A stretch of 16,273 bases of DNA from positions 1-16,273 of IMG/VR virus record IMGVR_UViG_2802429239_000001, one strand, 5' to 3'. The stretch is from a virus. Lineage: Duplodnaviria; Heunggongvirae; Uroviricota; Caudoviricetes. A model generated the notes under the pieces. It did no database searches, was not told the origin of the DNA, and saw nothing but the letters and a program-made list of their open reading frames with translations. Made by a program: the position numbers and the translations under genes. This document shows positions 7,562-15,704 of this stretch, in pieces; within the stretch, counting starts at the first letter, position 1, and the number at the start of each line of letters is the position of its first letter.

Positions 7562-8514
7562 TACCAGCTCCTCGTAATGGTCGCGGCAGCGAGCTGAGTC
7601 ACTGCGGGAGTGGTTTGCTGTACCGTTGTACGCGCCTGCTCAACCAACGTTGTGGCTTTATCGAAAGTTGCTTCGGCGATGGCGCTGGTGATGCTGCCAA
7701 ACAGTTCTTGTGCATGGTCAACCAGTGTCCCGGCGTCTTTGGCGCAGTCGCGGATACCCGGCAGGCTACCCAGCAATGCTTTAATCTGCGCCGACAACGC
7801 TTTTGGTAATCCTGCCAGCGTTTGCAGATCCATCGGCTGTTTAAACAGGGTTTCGATGGCATCGATAGTCTTTTTCAACGACTTAATTATCTTTTCACAC
7901 TTTTCTTTTAACGCTTTGGCCTCTTTAATCAGTGCTTTGACCTTTGCCACTGTTTTTTTAATATCTTCAATGGATTGCGCCAGTTCATCGAGCATCTCTT
8001 TGGCTTTGCGCATACCTTCTTCAATGGCGTTCAATATCTGATCCAACCAGGACTCCACCTTGTCCGGAAAATCGCTCGCCTTTTCGTCAATATTAGGCTC
8101 CTGGGTGGTAATCGCCGGGGGCAGGAGTGGGTTTTTCGGATCGCCGGTATACTCCTGGAGCGACATTGTTCCGCTTTGGGCAATCACATTGCCCCAGGGA
8201 TCGGTGTGCTGGTGAGTGGCGGTTAACTCTGTAATTACAAACCAGCCGCGATAATCACCGTTGCCAAACACCAGCGCCATTGCTTTGTGGGCAAGCATGG
8301 CTTCACGCAGTCGATTCAGCTCTGTTGTGGGTTGGCAAAACTGGCTGTGCAGGAAAAATTCCAGCGCCAGCATGTCCAGCTTATCGCCAATAAACTGCAC
8401 GCCAGGTTTGCCTTCAATACGGGCATGTGTGGCGTAATCCACGCCCATTGTGCTTTTAAAGCCATCCCAGAATGTGACAACTTTAAATTCAATCTCACCT
8501 AAAACGGCATACAT
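7561..8514 (-). CDS. gpU-like tail protein with long C-terminal coiled-coil extension (Mu gp43 / DNA-circulation-N-like)
   Basis: 317 aa. The N-terminal ~130 aa follow the gpU pattern (MYAVLGEIEF..., FGNGDYRGWFVITELTATHQ). The C-terminal ~150 aa are K/E/A-rich heptad-like helix (EEGMRKAKEMLDELAQSIEDIKKTVAKVKALIKEAKALKEKCEKIIKSLKKTIDAIE). Start overlaps the tape measure stop by 1 nt. Confidence 0.7.
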   Translation of the reverse strand: MYAVLGEIEFKVVTFWDGFKSTMGVDYATHARIEGKPGVQFIGDKLDMLALEFFLHSQFCQPTTELNRLREAMLAHKAMALVFGNGDYRGWFVITELTATHQHTDPWGNVIAQSGTMSLQEYTGDPKNPLLPPAITTQEPNIDEKASDFPDKVESWLDQILNAIEEGMRKAKEMLDELAQSIEDIKKTVAKVKALIKEAKALKEKCEKIIKSLKKTIDAIETLFKQPMDLQTLAGLPKALSAQIKALLGSLPGIRDCAKDAGTLVDHAQELFGSITSAIAEATFDKATTLVEQARTTVQQTTPAVTQLAAATITRSW

Positions 8515-10874
8515 CAGGCATACCCCCGGCGCTGTTGCTGCGCCATTACGTCGTTAATCATTCTTTCCAGTTCGCGTTTACTCATCGTCAATACGTTCTG
8601 AATGTCTTTAGTGGTGTTTTGTCCGTTACCCTGCACGGTAATTTGTGGCGAAAAATTCACCTGGACTTTTCCTGGGGAACGGGAGGGTAGCGTCGCCGGT
8701 TTGGTTACGGATTTACCTGGTAAAGAGGCCGACGCGGGTTTTGCCACTGGCGCCGATGACGGCGTTGTCGTTTTGCTGGATGGCGCGAGTTGTTTGCCCA
8801 CAGGCGGCGTTAAAAGCGCACCGGCAACGCCTGGAACAACGGTCGCGGGGGAGACTGATGCGGTATTAGTCGTGCCTGTAACAGTCGCAGCCGATGCTTC
8901 TGTGCCGATCCCCATTGTGGCTTTTAGCCAGTCTGGCATGGCGTTTTTGACCTGATCAATAATGCCTTTCAGAGCGGGGAAAGCATTCATTATGCCGTCG
9001 GCCAGGCTACCCAGTATATTGCTGCCGAACTCGCTAAAACTCGCAGGCATCTCAACACCAAACCAATTCATCACACCGGAAAAGGCGCTGTAGAACAGCC
9101 CCAGTGGCGACCAGTCGAGAATCAACCGGCTAATACCTGCAATGCCACCGTCAAAGGCCGTGGTAATACGTTTCCAGATGGCGGAAAAGAACCTGGTGAT
9201 AGGTTCCCAGTTGCGATAAATCAGATAAGCCGCGCCCGCAATCGCAGTGATGACCAGACCAATGGGATTCATCAGTAGCACCCGGCCTAGTGAGAGAACG
9301 GTCCGACCAACCAGTTTCAATGCTCCGCTCAGGCCACGACCAAGCAGTTGCGTTAGCCATTTTGCGCCGCCACCCAATGACTTAACCGCCGATAGCACCT
9401 TACTCGCTGCGCCTCCGGGCGCCAGACTTGCCCTGACTTTCAGGAAGATATCGACCAGACGAATAAACGGCGAGGCGATGAAGTTCGCGCCCAGCTTTAA
9501 AACATTCAGCGCACCGTTAAACAGCCAAATCGCCCCGACGATTTTCGCAATGTTTTGCACTAGTGCCGGGTGTTCGCGTAGCCAGGCGCTGAACTGGCGA
9601 ATAACCGGCGCAAGGCTTTGCGCCAGCTCGCCAATCGCCGGCATAAGCTGCAAGCCAATGCTGAGCCATAAATCATTTAACGCCAGTTGTAACGCTTTAG
9701 TCTGTTCAATGGGCGAAGCCATTTGCGCAGAAAAGTCGGCATCAATCAGATTCTTGCTGGTGGCTTGCATGGCAGAGGCTTTTAGCTGGCGATACTCTTC
9801 CATATTCGCCAGCATAGGGGCCAGGAATTCCACCGTTTGCGCATCGCCGAACATTTCGCCCAGATTAAACTGCGTCACCATCGATTGCAGCGCAGTGCTG
9901 CGGGCAGATAAATCTTCAATCTGCATGGTGCGTTTGAAGGTATCGAGGATCGCCGGATTCATCTTCTCAAGCTGCATTTGCACGATATGAGTCATAGCTT
10001 CGCTAACACCCATACCGTTTTGCTGATGCTCAAGCAGAGAACCTTGCAGATCGACGCCCTGGCTGGCGAACCAGCTATCGGTTTTTTTCGAAAAGGTGGT
10101 TTGTAGAAAATGGTCGAAATTCTCCGCCGCTGCACTGGCGCTGGCACCGTTTTTCATGGCGATCTGCATGGTGGCGGTCAGTTCAGCCATACCTTCCAGA
10201 CCCTGAGCGCCGGTTTTACCTGCAAATTTCTCTATCCACTGCGTTTGTTCGGCAATGGCAGGCCCACCGCTTTTGGTAACGCTGTACATCATGTTTTGCG
10301 CAGTGTGGAAATTTTCCGGGGCAATATTCAGTCGATCATGAGTCGCGAGCGCGGCTTTCGCCCATGTTTCGGCGCTGTCGCGCGTGGCGGTGGCGGCTTT
10401 GGCGATCTCCGGCATATAGCGGTTGAGATCCTGCAAGGACGATATGTTGCCTTCAACTAAGGTCAGAGCGGCGGACTGTAACGTGGTCTGCTGCTGGTTA
10501 AAATCCATACTCCAGTCGCGCAGATTCAGGCTGAGCGTCTCGCGAGTGGCATCACTCATCCCACCTTTGGTCGCCATATTGACCATATTGTCCTGAAACT
10601 CATACGGCAACTTCCAGTCGGGGGCTTCAACATTGAATACTTTGCTAAATTGCCCGGCAAATGTTTGGGTTTTCTCCATCAGATTAGCGCGGCTGCGGCT
10701 ATTTTCCTCCAGGCGGAGAGCGGAATCGGCAAGTCGCTGCGTTAGTTTGATAACTGTCGCTTGCTGAGTAGAGAGAGTTAACAATGTTCTGGCGTTGAGT
10801 GAGCCGTAACGGGCTATTGCCTGCGTCAACGTCTCATTACGCGCCTGAAGCTGGGTAATAATATCGTTGGCCAA
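8514..10874 (-). CDS. Tail tape measure protein
   Basis: 786 aa, the largest ORF, located between the chaperone and gpU-like genes. Helical N-terminal half, hydrophobic/Gly-rich central segments and a Pro/Ser/Thr/Ala-rich low-complexity C-terminal region. Apparent TTG start with GAGA-type RBS upstream; the real start could be internal. Confidence 0.85.
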   Translation of the reverse strand: MANDIITQLQARNETLTQAIARYGSLNARTLLTLSTQQATVIKLTQRLADSALRLEENSRSRANLMEKTQTFAGQFSKVFNVEAPDWKLPYEFQDNMVNMATKGGMSDATRETLSLNLRDWSMDFNQQQTTLQSAALTLVEGNISSLQDLNRYMPEIAKAATATRDSAETWAKAALATHDRLNIAPENFHTAQNMMYSVTKSGGPAIAEQTQWIEKFAGKTGAQGLEGMAELTATMQIAMKNGASASAAAENFDHFLQTTFSKKTDSWFASQGVDLQGSLLEHQQNGMGVSEAMTHIVQMQLEKMNPAILDTFKRTMQIEDLSARSTALQSMVTQFNLGEMFGDAQTVEFLAPMLANMEEYRQLKASAMQATSKNLIDADFSAQMASPIEQTKALQLALNDLWLSIGLQLMPAIGELAQSLAPVIRQFSAWLREHPALVQNIAKIVGAIWLFNGALNVLKLGANFIASPFIRLVDIFLKVRASLAPGGAASKVLSAVKSLGGGAKWLTQLLGRGLSGALKLVGRTVLSLGRVLLMNPIGLVITAIAGAAYLIYRNWEPITRFFSAIWKRITTAFDGGIAGISRLILDWSPLGLFYSAFSGVMNWFGVEMPASFSEFGSNILGSLADGIMNAFPALKGIIDQVKNAMPDWLKATMGIGTEASAATVTGTTNTASVSPATVVPGVAGALLTPPVGKQLAPSSKTTTPSSAPVAKPASASLPGKSVTKPATLPSRSPGKVQVNFSPQITVQGNGQNTTKDIQNVLTMSKRELERMINDVMAQQQRRGYA

Positions 10875-10965
10875 AATTGTTTCTCTTTAAATATTGATAA
10901 TGGCCCGCTGGTTATTTTTCTAAAAAAAAGGGGCAGGGAAGAAATAAACCTGACGGGCTTGGGAA

Positions 10966-10990
10966 ACTCGCAGACATCAGGTCTGCGAGT
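10966..10990 (-). other. Perfect 10-bp inverted repeat (stem-loop) in the chaperone-tape measure intergenic gap
   Basis: ACTCGCAGAC-ATCAG-GTCTGCGAGT on the plus strand (10-bp stem, 5-nt loop). Not followed by a clean U-tract on either strand. Confidence 0.6.
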
Positions 10991-11064
10991 CATATTCGAT
11001 TTTTATTTGGGCGTTGGCTTCATCCAGCCAGTTGCTAAAGTCATCGACGGTAAGGGCGTCTATC

Positions 11065-11382
11065 TCACTGGGCGGAAAGCGAAACCATCTCGCCAGTAAC
11101 GCCATCGCTTGCCATAACAGTGGCGGATTCTGTAGCCACGCTAAGCATGGATTGAAATCGTTTCTGCAATGCCTGGTAATCCAGCAAATCCATTTCAGCT
11201 AAATCTTCTGGCACCAGTCCGGTCATTGCAGCCATTAGCGGTTCATCCCATTCTTCTGGTTTTTCGCTGATCCGGCGCGCGTTGCGCATATCTTTTACTT
11301 TCAGGCGACGTAATTGCAGAGTGTTAATTACGTCTCCCGCCGCTGAAGTAAACGGGAACTGTAAGGTATAATGTTCTTTCAT
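11065..11382 (-). CDS. Tail assembly chaperone (P2 gpE / Mu gp41-like)
   Basis: 105-aa acidic protein encoded between the tube and tape measure genes, the conserved position of the gpG/gpE-type chaperone. Good RBS context. Confidence 0.65.
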   Translation of the reverse strand: MKEHYTLQFPFTSAAGDVINTLQLRRLKVKDMRNARRISEKPEEWDEPLMAAMTGLVPEDLAEMDLLDYQALQKRFQSMLSVATESATVMASDGVTGEMVSLSAQ

Positions 11383-11409
11383 TTTGTATCCTTATTGGTC
11401 ATGCGGAAA

Positions 11410-11427
11410 TCGGGGCCGTAGCCCCGA
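11410..11427 (-). other. GC-rich stem-loop directly after the tail tube gene
   Basis: TCGGGGC-CGTA-GCCCCGA (7-bp stem, 4-nt loop) in the 50-bp gap between the tube stop and the chaperone start; followed on the minus strand by only a short UUUCC. Confidence 0.45.
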
Positions 11428-11432
11428 ATAAC

Positions 11433-11957
11433 TTAGCCACCGATGTTATTGCGATAGGTACTTAATTGATCCACGCCGTTAACGCGGAAAATATTCGCCA
11501 GGTAATCCAGTTCCAGCAGCGTTTCACCATCGACCACCTGTTTAATATAGGTACAACCAAAGGCGCTGCTGAATTCCGGGTTTTCATTCTGTTTAAATGT
11601 TCCCAATGGATTCTTTTTAAACATGACAGTCAAATGAGTGACTAACGCTAATTGATTCGCTTTCCCCTGGGAGTTATAGCAATCAATACTGGAGCGGCAC
11701 TGTAATGCTACCGCCTGCCACGGGTTTGCCGTTTTACGCATGACGTCCTGATAAAAGGAGTTCCATTTAATTTCCCCTTCCAGTTTATCGAAACCTGCCG
11801 GGAGTTCGATTTTGCCGACCATGCCCAGTGCTTTATGCTCCTGCATAATTAAACTGACATCCGGTAATTTAATTTCGGTTGCACGACCTAAAAGGTTATT
11901 ACCATCGAGATAAATATTGGCATTGGTAATACGGTTAATTTGAATTTTTCCAGCCAT
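11433..11957 (-). CDS. Tail tube protein (P2 FII / Mu M-like)
   Basis: 174 aa. N-terminal pattern and the C-terminal NGVDQLSTYRNNIGG parallel the P2 FII C-terminus (..NGVDRLEQHRRNIGL, from memory). Start overlaps the sheath stop by 1 nt. Confidence 0.85.
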   Translation of the reverse strand: MAGKIQINRITNANIYLDGNNLLGRATEIKLPDVSLIMQEHKALGMVGKIELPAGFDKLEGEIKWNSFYQDVMRKTANPWQAVALQCRSSIDCYNSQGKANQLALVTHLTVMFKKNPLGTFKQNENPEFSSAFGCTYIKQVVDGETLLELDYLANIFRVNGVDQLSTYRNNIGG

Positions 11958-13387
11958 TAGCTATTGCTCTCCAGAGAGACTAAATATTCAGAGGTAATTT
12001 CAGTTTCAAACGTCAGACGTTCCAGCGGCGGTGGCGGGGTGAATTTATAGCTCAGCAATAAATGCCCGGCACTGAGTTCGGTCGGTGAATTTCGCGCCGG
12101 ATCGTACCAGCACTCAAAGCCAAGCAGTGCGCCGTCGGCAATCAGCTTACGGCCCCAGGTATTTACCGACTCGGTCAGGGCATCAATTAGCGCCTGATTA
12201 ATCGGCATATCGATATACTGCTGGCTGAAATAACGGATCGACTCGTTAATCACATCACCCGTGCGGCGAACGTTTTCAAAGTTACGCATATGGGTCACGG
12301 TTGGCCATGCCGCAGTGCGGTTGCCCCATAAACGCAGACCAGAGCCGTAACTATTGAAAACTGTGGTAATGCCGTTTTCGTTGAGCTGATTCACTTCACT
12401 TTGCGGGTCATCAACCATTGCGGAAAGTGAACGTTCGATACCGATAATGCCCTGAATTTCCTGGTTTGAGTTGCTCCACCAGAAACCTTTCTCCAGGTCT
12501 ACTTTGGCACGCAGTCCGGCAGCGCGTGAAGATAGCGGTTCGAGAACTTCTTGGTTGGTTGAGCCGTCATAAACTTTGACGTGCGGATAGCACAAACGCG
12601 CACGGTCAGAACTGGTGTTGAAGTTGATTGCGCCTTTCGAGCCGCGACCAGCCAGTACCTGCTGGAATGTAGTACCGATTGGGGCGTCAATGTAGGCGAT
12701 AGCACCGAGTTTTTCCGCCTGAGCAATCAGTTCGGTGGTGACCGATTTTTGCGTACAGAAAACGGGAGCAAGCAGGATTTTGGCGTAGAAACCATACAGG
12801 TTATAGGTATCCTGTAGCAGTTTCATCCCCGTGCGATCGCCTGCGGTATTAACGGCGCCAATAATATCGGCTGCGGTAACTTTTGTTGGATCGGCCCATG
12901 AGTAATAGGCGCAAACTTTCGCTCCGGCAGGGATCTCAGTTTCTGCACGAGTGATTATTCCTGTTTGTTCATCAACATGAAACGCTGCGCTGCTATACGT
13001 AGTGGCTGATGTTGAAGAGGGTTTCAGGACGACATTGCGCACCGCACGATGAGCCAGTTTTGCCTGGTTGTTGGAATCAAAAGTGATACTCTCATTGCTG
13101 ATGCTGGAGCCATGTTTTGCCGGATCCAGTACGTTAATCACCACCACCGTACCGGCGCCGTGGTCATAAATCGCCTTCAGCGCCTGCGGGATAGTAAAGT
13201 TAGCCTGAGTCGAGCCAAACTGCGCGGCATCGCTTTCAGAAAGGCACAATGTTGGTTTGTTTACCGGACCGCATGGTGCACTACCGATTAAAGCGATTAC
13301 AGCGGATTTTACCGCTTTAACCGGGCGCGGACCGGTTTCAATTTCAATGGTTTCTACACCGTGCAGGTAATTAGCTGCCATGTACAA
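11957..13387 (-). CDS. Contractile tail sheath protein
   Basis: 476 aa, immediately upstream of the tube gene; size, position and N-terminal region (..GVETIEIETGPRPVKAVKSAVIALIGSAP..) are typical of Mu L / P2 FI-type sheath proteins. Confidence 0.85.
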   Translation of the reverse strand: MYMAANYLHGVETIEIETGPRPVKAVKSAVIALIGSAPCGPVNKPTLCLSESDAAQFGSTQANFTIPQALKAIYDHGAGTVVVINVLDPAKHGSSISNESITFDSNNQAKLAHRAVRNVVLKPSSTSATTYSSAAFHVDEQTGIITRAETEIPAGAKVCAYYSWADPTKVTAADIIGAVNTAGDRTGMKLLQDTYNLYGFYAKILLAPVFCTQKSVTTELIAQAEKLGAIAYIDAPIGTTFQQVLAGRGSKGAINFNTSSDRARLCYPHVKVYDGSTNQEVLEPLSSRAAGLRAKVDLEKGFWWSNSNQEIQGIIGIERSLSAMVDDPQSEVNQLNENGITTVFNSYGSGLRLWGNRTAAWPTVTHMRNFENVRRTGDVINESIRYFSQQYIDMPINQALIDALTESVNTWGRKLIADGALLGFECWYDPARNSPTELSAGHLLLSYKFTPPPPLERLTFETEITSEYLVSLESNS

Positions 13388-13568
13388 TTTCCTCTCCGTT
13401 ATTTTGTTCTTCCTGAGTGATGACAGGAGTCAGGTGATTGCGGGCAATCATGGTCATAACCCACTCGTTTTCTTCTGGCAGATCAATTTCACTGTTCGGC
13501 CACAATAAGATTTCTTGTCCGTCGGCAAGGGTGACGCCGCTTGCCGGGCCGTTGTAGATGTATTTCAT
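13371..13568 (-). CDS. Small conserved tail-operon protein, function unknown
   Basis: 65-aa ORF coupled by overlap to both neighbours, in the position of the small protein that precedes the sheath gene in Mu-like tail operons. Confidence 0.45.
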   Translation of the reverse strand: MKYIYNGPASGVTLADGQEILLWPNSEIDLPEENEWVMTMIARNHLTPVITQEEQNNGEEIVHGS

Positions 13569-14020
13569 TCAGTTTCCTCGTAATTAACTTCAGTAAGCAG
13601 GGTAAGGTCCGTGCTTTCCCGTTTTGCGATAAACAGCGATCTGGTCGCCATTTCCATGATGTAGCGGCAGAAACCACCGCTCTCGCCTGCATTGATTTCT
13701 GTTTCAAGCCAAAGAAGACGCTCGCAATCAGGAAGCTGGATCCCCCCCAATGCGCTGCGTATGCGATCCAGTGCGTTTAACGCGCCACAATTTTTGCCAA
13801 CAATAACGGTGGCAGTTAAACGGAGCGTTTGCTGTTGCACGAGGGCATCACTGCTTTCAGGCATGGCAAATAGAGAACCGCTATAATTAATAATCACTGT
13901 AACTTGCTGCGTCTGCGGAATATATTTATTGGCATCAACCGATGAAATAAATACGTCCATTTCGGGATTCTGTTCACGTAATCTGGTCACAACAGAATTA
14001 ATTACAGATAAAATTTCCAT
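13565..14020 (-). CDS. Putative tail completion/terminator-type protein, first gene of the tail operon (positional call)
   Basis: 151-aa ORF with an AAGGAA RBS about 9 nt upstream of the ATG; 4-nt overlap with the next gene. Contains a C7/G7 homopolymer at 13742..13748. Confidence 0.4.
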   Translation of the reverse strand: MEILSVINSVVTRLREQNPEMDVFISSVDANKYIPQTQQVTVIINYSGSLFAMPESSDALVQQQTLRLTATVIVGKNCGALNALDRIRSALGGIQLPDCERLLWLETEINAGESGGFCRYIMEMATRSLFIAKRESTDLTLLTEVNYEETE

Positions 14021-14126
14021 ATAGGGTGTTCCTTAATTACTGCTCACTTCGTTATCGTTGAAATGTATTCTGAAGCAGTGAAGGTGAAGAATCTTTTAAT
14101 GTGATTTAGAGAAAAAATTGAATGGC

Positions 14127-14162
14127 TATAAAAATCCCCACACTTACGTAAAGGTGGGGATG
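14127..14162 (-). terminator. Intrinsic-terminator-like hairpin after the lysis cassette
   Basis: On the minus-strand transcript, a few nt after the stop of the 104-aa gene: AUCCCCAC-(12-nt loop)-GUGGGGAU followed by UUUUUAUAG. Coordinates approximate to 1-2 nt. Confidence 0.5.
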
Positions 14163-14165
14163 TAT

Positions 14166-14480
14166 TTAATAGCTGCCACGTTGTAATAGCTCTATTTTGC
14201 TATATAAGGCATCCAGCTTTGCTTCTAATACTGCCTGGCCACGAAGATAATCTTCTCTGCGGACATAATGCAGCGGAAGCTCGGCACGAAATTCGAGAAA
14301 TTCTCTTTCCAGTTTCGACCAGCTTGTTTCTGATTCCCGGCGCGCGTTTTCCAGAGATTCAAAACGCTCATTAAGTCTTTTTTCAATTTGCGCTAACAGC
14401 AATTTTCCGGCAGCAAACATTAATCCAACGAAGGAAAGCATAAGGGAGATCACTTCCCAAAAATCGATACTGAGTTTCAT
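14166..14480 (-). CDS. Membrane-anchored coiled-coil protein, probable lysis accessory (i-spanin-like or releasin-like)
   Basis: 104 aa with one N-terminal transmembrane helix (VISLMLSFVGLMFAAGKLLLA) followed by a charged helical region; strong RBS (AGAGGGG); directly downstream of the transglycosylase gene. Confidence 0.5.
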   Translation of the reverse strand: MKLSIDFWEVISLMLSFVGLMFAAGKLLLAQIEKRLNERFESLENARRESETSWSKLEREFLEFRAELPLHYVRREDYLRGQAVLEAKLDALYSKIELLQRGSY

Positions 14481-14492
14481 CGGCCCCTCTGA

Positions 14493-15098
14493 TTAGTGAA
14501 GACAGCTTGCCTGCCCCCAGAGTAAGTAGCGGGCGGCATGTTGATAGAGGATCATCTTCGGATAGTGACGATTTTCTCGCCAGTTTGCGGCACTACGCCC
14601 GGCGTTGACGTGCTCAACATGACCAAACCAGATGGTGGCATCTAACCCTTTGGATGCGGCCAGTTTTTTATCCCGATTAACCCATCCCTGACCACCGTTA
14701 TAGGCGCTTAGGGTAAACGCCATACGCTGGCAGCCATTTTTCGCCGAGATGTTTTTCCACAAATGCTGGTCATATTGCACCAATGCGCGAATCGCCCAGG
14801 TTGGGTTATAGGGCTTGTTTTCACGTAGCTGTGGATACAACTGGCTTATCCATGTCGCTGTGGCAGGCATAAATTGCGCCATACCCTGTGCGCCGACGGG
14901 GGAACGCGCCATTGGCTGCCAGGCTGATTCCTGGTGCAACTGCCCGGCGAAGTCTGCCACCGGGGCGTTCAGTCCCCAGACTTCTCGTGCAGTTCGAATC
15001 AGTTCGTTTCGCCATGCCAGAGATGCTCGCGGCGGTTCAGATGCGTTAAGCGGGAAGAACGCGAACAGAGTAATTAGCGCGAGAAATTTTACCTGCAT
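14493..15098 (-). CDS. Soluble lytic transglycosylase (SLT domain) with signal peptide; probable endolysin
   Basis: SLT-type motifs ESAW, GAQGMAQFMP and SAYNGG. The track ORF extends to 15197, but the internal Met (MQVKFLALITLFAFFPLNA) starts a signal peptide and has an AGGA RBS, so the likely start is 15098. It lies 2 nt downstream of the holin-like gene stop. Confidence 0.8.
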   Translation of the reverse strand: MQVKFLALITLFAFFPLNASEPPRASLAWRNELIRTAREVWGLNAPVADFAGQLHQESAWQPMARSPVGAQGMAQFMPATATWISQLYPQLRENKPYNPTWAIRALVQYDQHLWKNISAKNGCQRMAFTLSAYNGGQGWVNRDKKLAASKGLDATIWFGHVEHVNAGRSAANWRENRHYPKMILYQHAARYLLWGQASCLH

Positions 15099-15100
15099 CA

Positions 15101-15388
15101 CTAAAGTCCTAACGCGACGGAAAGGCAGACGGCTGCAACGATGATAGCCCGACGAATCATTGCCGCCGCGCAGCATCGCGCCTCTTCCCAGGGGCAAAAT
15201 GAGTCAGGCCGCGCCCAGGGAAACAGACTGCGATCGAGCCAGTATCCCAGCACAGCGGCGAGCGAAACCAGACTTAGTTTATAAATGACAACCGGGATCT
15301 GTGCGGAAGATGTCCAGCCGATCGCGACAAACAGCGCGACGGAAGCGACCAGCCAGCCGGAAAGACGGGGAAAAGTGACTTTTTTCAT
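15101..15388 (-). CDS. Small multi-pass membrane protein, putative holin
   Basis: 95 aa with 2-3 predicted hydrophobic helices; strong RBS (AGGAGA 7 nt upstream); first gene of the lysis cassette directly upstream of the transglycosylase. Confidence 0.5.
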   Translation of the reverse strand: MKKVTFPRLSGWLVASVALFVAIGWTSSAQIPVVIYKLSLVSLAAVLGYWLDRSLFPWARPDSFCPWEEARCCAAAMIRRAIIVAAVCLSVALGL

Positions 15389-15684
15389 ACGATATCTCCT
15401 GATAAGTGAGCGTTTAGTGTTGCCAGATCCCTCCAGTGAAGAATGAAAAAAGCTTTAATAAATAACTTTAAAAAATAGATCCTCTATAAATGAACATGCT
15501 TGCTAATAAATCCACCCATTAATAAAAGAGCAAAAGGTGTCCTGGAGAATAAGCGCGTCATTATGCAGGGAAAAGAGGATGGTGAATCGTAGGAATAGCC
15601 CATAGTCATTTGATTTTTAAAGTTTGTTTAAGAAAGTCAGCGACTGTGAGGGAAACGATCTTTTTACACTACAGGTAAAAATAA

Positions 15685-15704
15685 TACTGTATGCACATAC
15701 AGTA
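15685..15704. promoter_or_regulatory. LexA operator (SOS box)
   Basis: TACTGTATGCACATACAGTA is a perfect palindrome with CTGT-N8-ACAG, differing from the 20-mer consensus TACTGTATATATATACAGTA only in the central positions. Confidence 0.7.

Noticed and set aside
9247-9990. 247-aa plus-strand ORF inside the tape measure gene, and similar antisense ORFs such as 212..664, 309..530, 2026..2247, 2585..2890, 5622..6086, 7610..8041 and 12581..12817
   Set aside because: Each lies entirely within, and antisense to or out of frame with, a longer ORF that has clear phage-tail family features. They have no RBS context and repetitive, compositionally odd translations typical of shadow ORFs.
11065-11130. 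Canonical -1 programmed frameshift (P2 E/E' type) at the 3' end of the chaperone gene
   Set aside because: No X_XXY_YYZ slippery heptamer found and the -1 frame terminates 2 codons past the stop; only the +1 frame stays open (reported as a separate finding).
11014-11202. 62-aa plus-strand ORF with TTG start spanning the chaperone 3' end
   Set aside because: Antisense to the chaperone gene with a non-ATG start and no RBS; probably spurious.
806-14020. Interpretation as a type VI secretion system or an Afp/PVC-type extracellular injection system
   Set aside because: The sheath is a single phage-type protein, not a TssB/TssC pair. There is no AAA+ ATPase and there are no membrane-complex genes, while a tape measure with chaperone, gpU/gpX, a phage tail fiber and a phage lysis cassette are present; this points to a phage-derived tail.
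15099-15197. N-terminal 33-codon extension of the transglycosylase ORF as given in the track
   Set aside because: The extension overlaps the 3' end of the holin-like gene and lacks an RBS, whereas the internal Met begins a typical signal peptide and has an AGGA RBS, so the shorter start at 15098 is preferred.
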